From an uncultured Nitrososphaerales archaeon (lineage in GTDB: Archaea > Thermoproteota > Nitrososphaeria > Nitrososphaerales > Nitrososphaeraceae), in assembly GCA_963695855.1 (NCBI GenBank), contig CAVOHZ010000010.1:192001-256000 (forward strand): DNA of 64,000 nt. Direction: 5' to 3'. Below are positions 42,966-53,288 of the stretch, one piece after another. A program made the position numbers and the translations under genes. Under the pieces are notes generated by a model that was not told the DNA's origin, ran no database searches, and worked only from the letters and a program-made list of their open reading frames with translations. Within the stretch, counting starts at the first letter, position 1. The number at the start of each line of letters is the position of its first letter.

Positions 42966-43532
42966 TTGAGGATGATACGACAATTTTTTTTATTTATTGG
43001 TATTGCAATTTTGCTCACTTTAATTTTATTTATTGATAAACAATATGTTTTTGGCCATCTGAATGGAACCAGAATACAAGAATTGATTGATAAGAAAAAT
43101 GATATTAAGCTTTTATTTACGTATGAACCAGAAAAGCCAATAATTGATACTTTTACAAAACTTTCCTTTAGTGTTCAGGATTTAGAAGGAAATCATATTG
43201 AGAATTATAAAGCATATGTTGTCGTAACAAATGGAGTACGACTTTTCAAATTTCAAAATATATCTGTTCCTGATGGAGATTTTGATGTAGAATATATTTT
43301 CCCAGATGACGGAACACATCAAGTAATAACAAGAATTGATACGAATTCTAGCATCACATGGGCATCATTTAGAGTATTTGTTCCACATCAGGCACCTCCA
43401 AGTATTTTGAATCCATTTCCGCTTGCACCTAATGGAAAATATAGTTTAGAAATAATAGTAAGTATCGTACTTGCAATAGTAATTCCAATAATAGCAGTAA
43501 TATCATTGATTATTATGATTAAGAAACGTTGA
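42966..43532 (+). CDS. Hypothetical exported protein with C-terminal membrane anchor
   Basis: N- and C-terminal hydrophobic helices flanking a beta-rich domain (YIFPDDG). Confidence 0.65.
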   Translation: MRMIRQFFLFIGIAILLTLILFIDKQYVFGHLNGTRIQELIDKKNDIKLLFTYEPEKPIIDTFTKLSFSVQDLEGNHIENYKAYVVVTNGVRLFKFQNISVPDGDFDVEYIFPDDGTHQVITRIDTNSSITWASFRVFVPHQAPPSILNPFPLAPNGKYSLEIIVSIVLAIVIPIIAVISLIIMIKKR

Positions 43533-43924
43533 TAAAAATTTGAATTAATTAATTGTAAAACATTGAAGGTAGCGGACTTTGGTTCCATCTTGTTAATTCT
43601 TTATTTTTTGCAAATCGATTTTATAAAAGCCTATAGCGCCTGTTCCCCTTGTCGTAAAAGAGAGAACTTGTTCATGAAACGTTGATTTCCATCTTCAAAT
43701 TAAAGCTAAATAATACTCCCGCTAGTATCTTCTATATTTGCTAAAAAATATTTGTTCTTTATGGCCTTCCATCACCCTCTTACTTATTTTGGCAACGTAT
43801 TGGGTCTGTTTGGGCATGACTTTTTGACAAGCGTCGATTAAAATTATATCATACTGCAATATACTCTGATCCGATCTTTTATCATAGATCTGTCGTATTT
43901 GGTTGTAAAGGAAACGATATTTAG

Positions 43925-45601
43925 ATGGTACCCATTATTAATTTTGAATCAAGAATGAGAAAAAAGATTGTCGATGCTACTGTTTCTCTTTCAGAAATTA
44001 AAGACAATAGTGTAGTAGCAATTTCTGGTTTCAATATGGCTATTACGCCAGAATACTTAATTTTGGAATCGTACAGAAAATATGTGGAGGAAGGACATCC
44101 TAATAATATATTTATTATATCAGATGCGTTGCCGGCTATTCCCGGCAGGGGGATAGATAAAATTGCCGAGCCCCTTTATAATGATCGCAACCAAAAGTTT
44201 CTACGGGGAATATTGATGCCTTTTTTGGGTTTTTCTCCATGGCTTCAAAAGATGGTACACGAAGACAGGATCGAATATTATGGCTGGCCAATAGGGATTA
44301 CGGCCTATTGGTTTAGAGAGATCGCATCTGGAAGACCAGGACTTTTAACAAAAATCGGTATAGACACATTTTTGGATCCAAGAAGAGAGGGAGCTGCATT
44401 AAATGAACTTGGTAAGAAAAACGCATCCTGCAAAGTTAGTGTTTTAGATATTGATGGAGCAGAATGGCTGTTATATCAAGCTCCAAAACCTAATTGTTGT
44501 TTTATAAGAGCAACAACGTCTGATGAAACAGGTAATTTGTCAATGGAAGATGAGGGCATAAGAGGAACCATCCTTAGTATTGCACAAGCTACTAAAGCAA
44601 GTCCACATCAAGGAACTGTTATTGCACAAGTAAAATGGATCACCCGATCGGGCTCAATTAATCCAAGGGATGTTGATGTACCGGGTCCATTGGTTGATTA
44701 TGTTATAGTATCTCCAAAACAATATCACTGGCAGAGCGGAAATATTGAATTTGATCCTAGAATATCATATAAAATACTTCCCTCATTAACAGATACATTA
44801 TTTGATGGTCTTCCCAAGGTATCTATGAAAGCACACCAAAAAGTGATAGCAAGAAGAGTCATCTTAGAATTAGTAAGATTACTAGAAGAAAAAAATGCTC
44901 CAGTATTAGTTAACTTGGGAATAGGCATACCTGCTTTCGTTTCTTCTATAGCAGCTGAAGAGGAGGTATCGGAATTTATTATAACCGTACTTGAATCTGG
45001 TCAATGGGGTGGACTTGCTCTTTCAGGAAATGACTTTGGATTGGCAATCAGTCCATTTGCACTTTCAACTATTCCAGATGTATTTTCCAACTTTGAGGGT
45101 GGGATAATAGATGCTGCATCTCTTGGTTTTCTACAAATAGATAAGGAAGGTAATGTTAACCCATCCATTCTTCCTAATAAGATATTTGGGCCCGGAGGAT
45201 TTCCTGTTATTGCAGGGGGGGCACCTAGGACTTTCTTTGCTGGGTCTTTCACAGCAGGAAAAAGCAATATTATACTTTCAAACAACACTATAAAAATCGA
45301 AAACGATGGAGGAACATCGAAGTTCGTTGAAAAAGTCTATAGGATAGTATTTAGTGGGAAGCAAGCGGCTAAATATGGTCATATAATTCGCTATATAACT
45401 GAAAGAGCAGTCTTCAGGTTAACAGATCGTGGAATAGTTCTTGATGAAATTGCTCCTAAAATCGACATAGATAAAGAGGTATTAGCAAAAATGGATTTTT
45501 TACCTATAATAAGTTCTAATCTCAGGACAATGGATGAAAGAATTTTTGACGAATCAAAGATGAATATAAAAGAAGAAGTAGTTCGAATATTTAAAAAGTG
45601 A
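43925..45601 (+). CDS. Family I acyl-CoA:acetate/propionate CoA-transferase (fused alpha-beta, YdiF-like)
   Basis: ISGF, TKIGIDTFLDPR, DETGNLSME, VNLGIGIP, catalytic LESG, GFLQID, GPGGF, ITERAVF. Confidence 0.9.
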   Translation: MVPIINFESRMRKKIVDATVSLSEIKDNSVVAISGFNMAITPEYLILESYRKYVEEGHPNNIFIISDALPAIPGRGIDKIAEPLYNDRNQKFLRGILMPFLGFSPWLQKMVHEDRIEYYGWPIGITAYWFREIASGRPGLLTKIGIDTFLDPRREGAALNELGKKNASCKVSVLDIDGAEWLLYQAPKPNCCFIRATTSDETGNLSMEDEGIRGTILSIAQATKASPHQGTVIAQVKWITRSGSINPRDVDVPGPLVDYVIVSPKQYHWQSGNIEFDPRISYKILPSLTDTLFDGLPKVSMKAHQKVIARRVILELVRLLEEKNAPVLVNLGIGIPAFVSSIAAEEEVSEFIITVLESGQWGGLALSGNDFGLAISPFALSTIPDVFSNFEGGIIDAASLGFLQIDKEGNVNPSILPNKIFGPGGFPVIAGGAPRTFFAGSFTAGKSNIILSNNTIKIENDGGTSKFVEKVYRIVFSGKQAAKYGHIIRYITERAVFRLTDRGIVLDEIAPKIDIDKEVLAKMDFLPIISSNLRTMDERIFDESKMNIKEEVVRIFKK

Positions 45602-45628
45602 CTGATCAGAATTCAAATTTGATCCTCA
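45588..45628 (+). repeat. 41-bp direct repeat, left copy (overlaps CoA-transferase stop)
   Basis: TATTTAAAAAGTGACTGATCAGAATTCAAATTTGATCCTCA; recurs at 52229-52269 with one mismatch. Confidence 0.9.
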
Positions 45629-45669
45629 AAAAGAGGTGCAACACCATCGAAACCATGTGAATTACTTCT

Positions 45670-45838
45670 TCTCTATGTTCTTCTTCTCTAATTCTGTATT
45701 CCAGTTATCTATAACATCAAAATCCAGTAATACCTCGCCACGTTTAACAAGAGACTTGTTGTAATTTCTCCAGTTCACATAATATGACCAGAATTGGTTA
45801 GCTAAATGTGTTGGGAAGAACGACTCGTGCAACAACGC
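45670..45838 (-). mobile_element. Truncated 5' end of the same IS5-family element as 33456-34466
   Basis: Near-identical to about 34310-34465 (GTATTCCAGTTATCTATAACATCAAAATCCAGTAATACCTC...GAATTGGTTAGCTAAATGTGTTG...GTGCAACAA). Confidence 0.88.
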
Positions 45839-45868
45839 TAATATATAAGGAGATTAGTAACCTATAAC

Positions 45869-46180
45869 ATGGCACAAAGACCAGTAGCACAGAAAGTAAT
45901 AGCAAAGAAAGGAATAAAAAAAGCAGTATTAAGAAAAGCAGTAAGAAAAGCATTAGGAAAGAAAGCAGTAAGAAAAGCAATATTAACAAAAGGTTTGGCA
46001 GGGAAGGGATTGAGAAAAGCAGCAGCACGTAAGGGATTGAGAAAAGCAGTATTAAGGAAAGCTATATTAAGAAAAGCAGTAAGGAAAGCTATATTAAGAA
46101 AAGCAGTAGGAAAAGCAATATTAAGAAACGTACTAGCACAGAAAAAAATAAGAAATACATTAGCAAAACAAGTCATATAA
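45869..46180 (+). CDS. Very basic Lys/Arg/Ala repeat protein (histone H1-like)
   Basis: Repeats of RKA(V/I)L; about 36 of 103 residues K/R, no D/E; TATATAA about 27 bp upstream of ATG. Confidence 0.75.
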   Translation: MAQRPVAQKVIAKKGIKKAVLRKAVRKALGKKAVRKAILTKGLAGKGLRKAAARKGLRKAVLRKAILRKAVRKAILRKAVGKAILRNVLAQKKIRNTLAKQVI

Positions 46181-46537
46181 AAAGGAAGACCAACTTCAAC
46201 AAATTCAATGACATGATGCGAATGAATTTGGTTTGAGGTTAGTATAACATTACGTCGATATCTCAGATACAATTATCTAGTTATTTTTTTTATTACACCT
46301 TTTAAGATATCTACAGACGTTAACAATTACAAAAAGAGATGACTACAGACCTCTTCCTTACGAACAAGCCGATTATCAGTTTTCAAATTTACTATTTTCG
46401 ATAATCATATAAGAGAATTCTAATTTGTCCCTTTAGGTCCACTGACCAATTGGGATTAAATACTAATTCGTACAATAGAATAGACAGTAGTAGTTGTGAT
46501 ATCAACTCAGACAACAAGAAAAAGGAGAGGAAAAAAC

Positions 46538-47010
46538 TAGTAGGCCAGTAAACCTATCTACAACTGTAAAAAAAATAGACCGAATATCAAGTAAGGAGAA
46601 CCAATTATTTGTAAGAAACTATCATGAATTCATGAAATCGTGTCAAGTGTCCGAACGTCATCTAAATAACAATCTAAAAGTGATGCTTTCCTTCAACAAT
46701 TACTTAGATTCAGATTCAGAAAATCAAGTTAAATTCTCAGATATCAAAAGTAGTGAAATAATTTTAAGATATCTTGAAACCAAGAGAAAACAAAAAGAAG
46801 ACGACCCCGACCAGAAATGGATATCAACTTGGAATCATTATTTCCATAGAATAAAGCATTTTTTTAGATGGTATTATAATTCTAGATATAGGATACTAAA
46901 TAAAAGGAGTTATGATGATAAAAGAAACCAACTATCAAGGTAACCACATTTATGAACCTGAAAATCAAAACAGTTGGAAAATACCTGAATTCTTACAAAA
47001 AATTAACCAA
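46538..47010 (+). pseudogene. N-terminal relic of a thaumarchaeal-type tyrosine integrase
   Basis: Frame extends upstream of the ORF (PVNLSTTVKKI...YHEFMKS); SERHLNNNLK and DPDQKWISTWNHY..RIKHFFRW resemble the N-terminus of Nitrososphaeraceae integrases as I recall them; catalytic domain absent. Confidence 0.7.
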
Positions 47011-47227
47011 CTAACAAAAAGATATGAGATTGTAGAATGAGACATATATTAGACTTTGTAACAAATAATTCAACAAATCCTTTTCATAATTGATTTAACT
47101 AATAAAAATTAGCAATTATAAATCACAATAAATATTCACTAATCCAATTCACTGATTTAATTTATTAAAACTATGTCACCAAGTGTAGCTAAGAACTTCA
47201 ATTATAATTTAACTGTCTAATATTGGT

Positions 47228-47362
47228 GTGCACAAGTCAGGAGTATTTACCTTTGGATTCTTGATAAGTTTATTGATAATGTTAGCAGCACTGCCTGTTC
47301 TTAACCATCAGAATAGTTTTTCAAATACAGCAATGGTTCACGAATATGACAAATATTGGTAA
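47228..47362 (+). pseudogene. Truncated secreted-protein gene (signal peptide only)
   Basis: GTG start: MHKSGVFTFGFLISLLIMLAALPVLNHQNSFSNTAMVHEYDKYW*. Confidence 0.45.
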
Positions 47363-47419
47363 ATACTAGATAGTAGATAGATGAAAAAATTAAATTGTAA
47401 GATATTCGAACGTTAATTA

Positions 47420-48907
47420 TTGAAAACTGCAATTGCTGCTATTCTTTTTCTTTCTTTTATAGTATGTTTTACTTTTTTGTATTCTGTTGTATATGGATTT
47501 TCTCCTAAATTGAAAACTGAACTATTCACCAATAAAATAGAAAATTATATATATTATGGTATAAATGACGGTTACAATAATAACACTCTAAAAGATTTAG
47601 ATAAAAATATCAATTTAGATAGAGTATATGTAACAAGTAATGGTACTCATCTTGAAATAAAATTATTATTTAATGATTTTCTAGACAGACTTAAGAATAT
47701 ATTATTAAACAATAATACTGTTCCACAGAATCTTTTTATTAATATATTTATCGATTCTGATGATGATGAAACAACAGGATTCTTAGGTTATAATTATAAA
47801 TATTTGTTAACTCATAATATTTCAAATTCTTATAATGATAACAATTTAACTTCTGCTAAAAAAAATTTTACTCAAGATAGTATTCATAATAATTTAAAAC
47901 AAGATGAGATTCGTGAAATAATAGCAAGAACATTAAATTCTAAAGAAATACTTGAGAAACTTGACTGGGTAATAAAGGGATATGAACTCTTAGACTATGA
48001 CTTTCAACCATTATTCTTTTCTTCCAAAGTTAATGATAAATCTCTATCAGCCATTCCAGATGGCTTTAAGGTTACTTTAGACCTGAATCAAATAGGCTAT
48101 CCTTCAAATTATGCTCTTTTGGTTGAAGTTGGAAGGAAATTAGAAGACTACATGTTTTCCAATGTTTTTGGAAAAGTACATGTACCACGTCCAAATCTAA
48201 TTTTAGAGGATAAAAAAATAGATATTGCCAATGGTAAGAACTCGGTCGTTCTGCACTTTAATAGTACCGGTCTATATAATTTAAATGTGAAGGCGGAATT
48301 ACTGAACAATAGTAATTCTGATGATAATTTAGTACTTAATTTTAGTCAAGGAAATCAATTTAATCTATTAAGCGAAAAAGGTGTATTACCTATAGATGTT
48401 ATAGTTGATTCTAATTATAAACAAAAAAATCTTGTTGTTCCTCTCAATATGTCTTATAGTGTTGTAGGTGAAAATGATCTTACAGAATCGGGTTTTAATA
48501 ATTCACTAACCAAGGAAAATATATACAATAAAATACTTTACTTGAATCTTAACCTTATTAATGAAAGGAATCGTTTAATTAACTTTGACGAAATTCCTCC
48601 CCAATATATTGCAGTATTTCTTGGGGCTGTATTCACCTTTTTTATTCCATCTATTGTTAGGGTGACCAAGGAATATTTTCAAAAACGAACTGCCAACAAG
48701 TACCTAAACAATATTCTTAAAGAACAAAATTTGTCAGATAATCCTGCTGATATTTCTATTAAAAATATAATGAGTATTTCAAGGATCTTAAAACATGAAT
48801 TTATTAAAGGAAAGATAACCAAGGAAGGATATGAAATATTAAAAGAAAACATATCTGATGTTCTAAAAGATTTAGTATCTAAAAAAACTAGTAGTAGTGA
48901 TAAATAG
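47420..48907 (+). CDS. Hypothetical Asn-rich surface protein with C-terminal TM helix
   Basis: 495-aa ORF, signal peptide, IFIDSDDDETTG motif, TM near residue 400, short cytoplasmic tail. Confidence 0.7.
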   Translation: MKTAIAAILFLSFIVCFTFLYSVVYGFSPKLKTELFTNKIENYIYYGINDGYNNNTLKDLDKNINLDRVYVTSNGTHLEIKLLFNDFLDRLKNILLNNNTVPQNLFINIFIDSDDDETTGFLGYNYKYLLTHNISNSYNDNNLTSAKKNFTQDSIHNNLKQDEIREIIARTLNSKEILEKLDWVIKGYELLDYDFQPLFFSSKVNDKSLSAIPDGFKVTLDLNQIGYPSNYALLVEVGRKLEDYMFSNVFGKVHVPRPNLILEDKKIDIANGKNSVVLHFNSTGLYNLNVKAELLNNSNSDDNLVLNFSQGNQFNLLSEKGVLPIDVIVDSNYKQKNLVVPLNMSYSVVGENDLTESGFNNSLTKENIYNKILYLNLNLINERNRLINFDEIPPQYIAVFLGAVFTFFIPSIVRVTKEYFQKRTANKYLNNILKEQNLSDNPADISIKNIMSISRILKHEFIKGKITKEGYEILKENISDVLKDLVSKKTSSSDK

Positions 48908-49115
48908 TATGAAAAAGATGCGATTAGATAAGGATATAGTTGTAATTATTTCTCCTTATCTATCATGTCCTGTTCCCACCGTTGCAGTAGTTTTTAATTT
49001 AAGTTGTAATCTTCTTTTATTAATAGAGGATATTTATATATAAAAAATAAACCAAATATTTTCGTCAGCATAATAAGATTTCATAGGAACTCTTATTAAG
49101 GAATTTTTGTATATT

Positions 49116-50150
49116 AGATCGTTTGCGTAATTAGATAAAATCTATTATATATCTTGATGATGCCTTATATTGCTATCATCTTCTGTTGTGTATTATTCGA
49201 TAATTTACTAAACCAGAAACAATATCTGACATTGTATCGTATCTTTTCAATCTGTTTCTGTATTTGTTTCCCATAATACTAAATTTCTTTATTCTACATA
49301 TAGTATGTTCTACTATTACTCTCTGTCTACGATGTCTTTTGTTGTACATTTTCTCTTTTTCTGTAAGGTCAATATTACGTTTCTTCTTTACAGGTAATAC
49401 TGCTTTGATATCTGGAAAATCTTTTTCTACTCCAATATAACCAAGATCAAAATAGTTTTTTACATCTTTTGGTGTTGTCGGATGAACATCTTTGTATACT
49501 GTATAGTCATGCTCTCTTCCTTCTTCATGGTTTGATTTATGTAATATTTCTCCTTTTTTGTTTACCATATACTGTGTCTTTACAGTATGTTTTTTCTTTT
49601 TTCCAGAATAGTACTCTTTTCTTCTTGTTTTGTCTGTAGGTACTGGAATTTCCTGTTCTGTTGAATCTATAAATGCTTTAAATCCTGGAAAATACAGTTC
49701 TACTTCATCTACTGTTCTTAATCTTCTTGTTACGTTGTATATTTTTTGAGGTAGTGGAATACAACTTTTTACTATAGGTTCCATATATCTTACATCTCTA
49801 TGTACATTGCTCTGATCCAGATCAAACAAAAATCCTGTTAATGCATTGGTTATGTATAGTTTATAGTACACAAGAAGCATAACAAATCTATCTCTTGTTG
49901 TATGTTTGAAATGTCTTCCAGCTCCTAAATTTCTTTTTCTCTTTCTTTTTGATAGACGTTTTATCTCATATTTTGGATATTTTGATTCTACTTGCTTACA
50001 AATAGAATCAAACTCAGATAATTCCAATCCTGTAAAGGATCTAAACAATAACGGTTTTTTAGATAAACTATCATAATTGAGCAAATTTATGAGAAATTAG
50101 TATAGAAATGAGGAATATAGCTGTAAGCTTTCTAATTATGCAATAGATCT
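49116..50150 (-). mobile_element. IS5-family (ISL2/IS702-like) element with intact transposase 49176-50084
   Basis: IRs AGATCGTTTGCGTAATTAGA / TCTAATTATGCAATAGATCT, 3-bp TSD ATT; FRSFTGL, IDSTEQ, YSGKKKKHTVK, DLGYIG, RVIVEHTI. Confidence 0.9.
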
Positions 50151-50761
50151 ATTCTACTAATCACATCGTTCTATCGCAAAGTGAACTAATTTTATTTTAT
50201 TAATCAATTGTTTTTATAGAGAAGGTATTATTGTATAATATTATTACTCTATGAGACTAATTGATAGAATTGTTTCTAGTTGCAGTAAATATCTAAAGAA
50301 GAATATAAATTCGCCAAAATCCTTAATCGTGCTTGTTTTTTCATTTTTTTCAATTATCTTTGTCGTATATTTGGTGGAATCTGTTTTAGTTCACTATTTA
50401 CTCAAATATATATTCTAAAGAATAATACCATGTTCATATTGCATAAATTAAAATTTTTATAGTATTATTTTTTTAAAATTTTTATACCTATATATTATTA
50501 TTCATGAATTGTGTCATTTGTTTTTGTCGTTTTTTGCATCAAAAAAGGCCGTTAATTCTTTTGATAGTTGGTCACAAAATATACGTAAAATCTCGAATTC
50601 AACATGAGTTAGCTTTTAGCAATATGAAATTTATTTATTGTCTTCCAAATGGTACATTAAATGGTTCGATGTCTGAGTTGATGATAATTTAAAACAAGTA
50701 AAGACAGATAAAAAGTTTGGAGCTTTCGACGTTAGTATATTTCCCTACAAGTGTCCCAAGC

Positions 50762-51001
50762 TTAAAGGACTTGCCAAAAATTAGGATCTTGATAATATTT
50801 GTAGGCAGTTTCCGCCCTTTCTTTAGTAATTTTCGCATTGATTATGTCTTTATTATCAGCCTGCGTATTAGCTTCATCAAGCAGTCTGCTAATCTCGTCC
50901 AAGAATTTTTGTCTAACTTCAGCTTCATTGTTTCTTTTAATTTCAGTAATTTTCCGATCCAAATCACTTATCTTTTGTTTAATTCCATCTTCGGTGGACA
51001 T
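50762..51001 (-). CDS. Small hypothetical coiled-coil protein
   Basis: 79-aa ATG ORF with charged helical composition and TTTAAATA box upstream. Confidence 0.45.
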   Translation of the reverse strand: MSTEDGIKQKISDLDRKITEIKRNNEAEVRQKFLDEISRLLDEANTQADNKDIINAKITKERAETAYKYYQDPNFWQVL

Positions 51002-51056
51002 GAGCGACGTAGTAGCATTAACTTATTTAAAGGTATTATAAATTAAGATTATTAGT

Positions 51057-52109
51057 TGTTGTACTTACATAGATCGGTAACAGATTCACTTACCAACATG
51101 GGTAACACTTTTTAGCTGCTTGATTTTCTTGTTACCATTATGATTATTTAATCTTCCTTTCCTAAGAAACATTTCAGATGGTGTGTGACCATTGATGCCA
51201 CCATGTTCTCTTTCTTCATTGTATGATTTTACAAACATGGAATACATTCTCTTTCCATCTTCTACATTAGGAATATTTTCTACTGCTAAAAATTCGTTTT
51301 TTACTATCTTGTTATATGCTTCTATCTTTCCCTGTAGTTGCGGATATCTGGCAGGTATGGATTTATCTTTAATGTTATTACGTTGTAGAAAACGTCTGAA
51401 TATTCTGGATGTAAACTGTTTACCATTATCATGCATTACCTTTTCTGGTTTCCCATTCTCTACAATATAGTCTTCTAGTACATGCAATACATCTATGCTT
51501 CTTTTTCTTTCAGACCAGTCACTTGATACCTTTCTTGAACAATCGTCTTCACAACTGATAAAATAGTTCTTTTGAGCACAATTTTCTAGATAAAAAGGAC
51601 CTAAAATATCCATCTGTACCATTTGATTGGGTTTTTTCATTGCAAACCTATTCCATTTTCTTTTATTCCTTATCTTGCATTCCAGGATATTCAGACCATG
51701 TCTTTTCAATATCTTGTATATGATTCTTGTACTTAGTGACATCTCCTCTAGTCTTTTTAACCTGAATCTGATCCGGTTACATCCAAATCTTTTTGTTATA
51801 CGTAAATCCAATATTTCTTCTTCTATCTCTTTTGTTATTTTTGCAGGTTGTATATTGTGTGGTTTTCTACTTCTATCATGTAGACCATTTATTCCATACT
51901 TTAGGTACCTGTTCCTCCACTTGTAGTATATCTTTCTGGATATTTGATATCTAGTACAAATATCAGTTACCGTATCTCCAGTCCATTCTTTTTCATGAAT
52001 TAAATTATATCTTGTTTGTATTTCTATTTTTTATACACTTCCTAGCAGAACTAGAAAGTGTTACCCATGTCAGTAAATGAAATTGTAACCTATGTTAGCA
52101 AGTACAACA
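51057..52109 (-). mobile_element. IS481-family element (copy B, paralog of 30897-31951)
   Basis: TGTTGTACTTAC...CAAGTACAACA ends; flanks ATTAGT / ATTAAT (6-bp TSD, one mismatch); frame open from about 52027 to 51086. Confidence 0.9.
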
Positions 52110-52122
52110 ATTAATAATACTA

Positions 52123-52230
52123 ATGCCAGAAATGTCTAAAGATGAAGTTAGAAATTTTCTTTTAAAATGAACTTTTACAGGGAAACTTGGAACTATTAAC
52201 AAAAATGGGACACCACATGTAGTTCCAGTA
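52123..52230 (+). pseudogene. 5' fragment of a PPOX-class (pyridoxamine 5'-phosphate oxidase-like) oxidoreductase
   Basis: MPEMSKDEVRNFLLK*TFTGKLGTINKNGTPHVVPV, cut exactly at the 41-bp repeat. Confidence 0.75.
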
Positions 52231-52269
52231 TTTAAAAAGTGACTGATGAGAATTCAAATTTGATCCTCA
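52229..52269 (+). repeat. 41-bp direct repeat, right copy
   Basis: TATTTAAAAAGTGACTGATGAGAATTCAAATTTGATCCTCA. Confidence 0.9.
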
Positions 52270-52343
52270 TTTACATCTTTCATTTATTTTGATTCTCATG
52301 ATTAACAAATCATTCTTAATTTTGTTAAACATACCTGTATTTT

Positions 52344-53006
52344 TTATACATACAGGAATTTTGAGAACCATTGTAAAGCCAACTTAGAAACTTCCTCTAG
52401 CGTTCCAGGCTCTTCAAAAAGATGTGTCGCCGTAGGAACAATTATCAATTTTTTATCTTTCACTTCTTTAAGATTTTCGAATGCATCTTTATTTAATTTT
52501 ATAACTTCAATATCTTTTTCTCCGACTAGTAAGAGCGTTGGTGCTTTTACCTTGAAAAGTGCATCATTTGCCAGATCCGGTCGCCCGCCTCTTGAAACAA
52601 TAGCTTTAATATTCTTATTATCTGCTGCAGCCACCAGAGCTGCAGCAGCACCGGTACTTGCACCAAAATATCCGATTTTTAAATTTCTTGAACTGGGATT
52701 TTCTTTAATCCATTTCGTCGCATCATTCAATCTATCAGCCAAAAGTTTGATATCAAATCTCAAATGACCACTCCACATCTCTTCATGCTCTTCTTCTTTC
52801 GTAAGGAGATCAAACAAAAGTGTTGCAATATTACCATCTTGCAATGTTTGTGCTACATGTTTATTTCTTGGACTGAATCTACTACTTCCACTACCATGAA
52901 CAAAGAGAACTATTCCACTTGCCTCATCCGGAATTGAAAGATCGCCTTCGAGTACTTTCGAACCAGAAGTAAAAGACACACTATTAATAGTAGATTTTTT
53001 GGTCAT
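52344..53006 (-). CDS. Dienelactone-hydrolase-like alpha/beta hydrolase
   Basis: FVHGSGSSRFSPRN, GYFGASTGAAAA, VSRGGRPDLA, PTLLLVG, ATHLFEEPG. Confidence 0.9.
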   Translation of the reverse strand: MTKKSTINSVSFTSGSKVLEGDLSIPDEASGIVLFVHGSGSSRFSPRNKHVAQTLQDGNIATLLFDLLTKEEEHEEMWSGHLRFDIKLLADRLNDATKWIKENPSSRNLKIGYFGASTGAAAALVAAADNKNIKAIVSRGGRPDLANDALFKVKAPTLLLVGEKDIEVIKLNKDAFENLKEVKDKKLIIVPTATHLFEEPGTLEEVSKLALQWFSKFLYV

Positions 53007-53288
53007 CTTCCTTCGACCAAACTAAGGCCTATTTTATTAGAAGGTTTTTGATTTGTGAAAAATGACATGACTTTATTATTTTTATTTTTTCCGCCTAGGT
53101 TCATTAATATAAATAATGTGTTCATGCCAAGTATAACATTTTATTATAATATTAAGACTATGCAATTAATTGTACACTGGTAATAAATTCATTTTATTTA
53201 GTTTATTTTATTTTCTGTCATTGAATCATATTGGTCATAAGTAATACAGGTAAAGTGAAAATAAATAAATAACGAAAATTTCTAATAC

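Noticed and set aside
43590-43920. Slightly GC-richer intergenic stretch upstream of the CoA-transferase
   Set aside because: No convincing ORF, hairpin or recognisable homology by eye
45869-46180. AAGAAAAGCAGT-type repeats considered as CRISPR or satellite DNA
   Set aside because: Units are multiples of three, in frame, with synonymous variation; explained by the coding repeat
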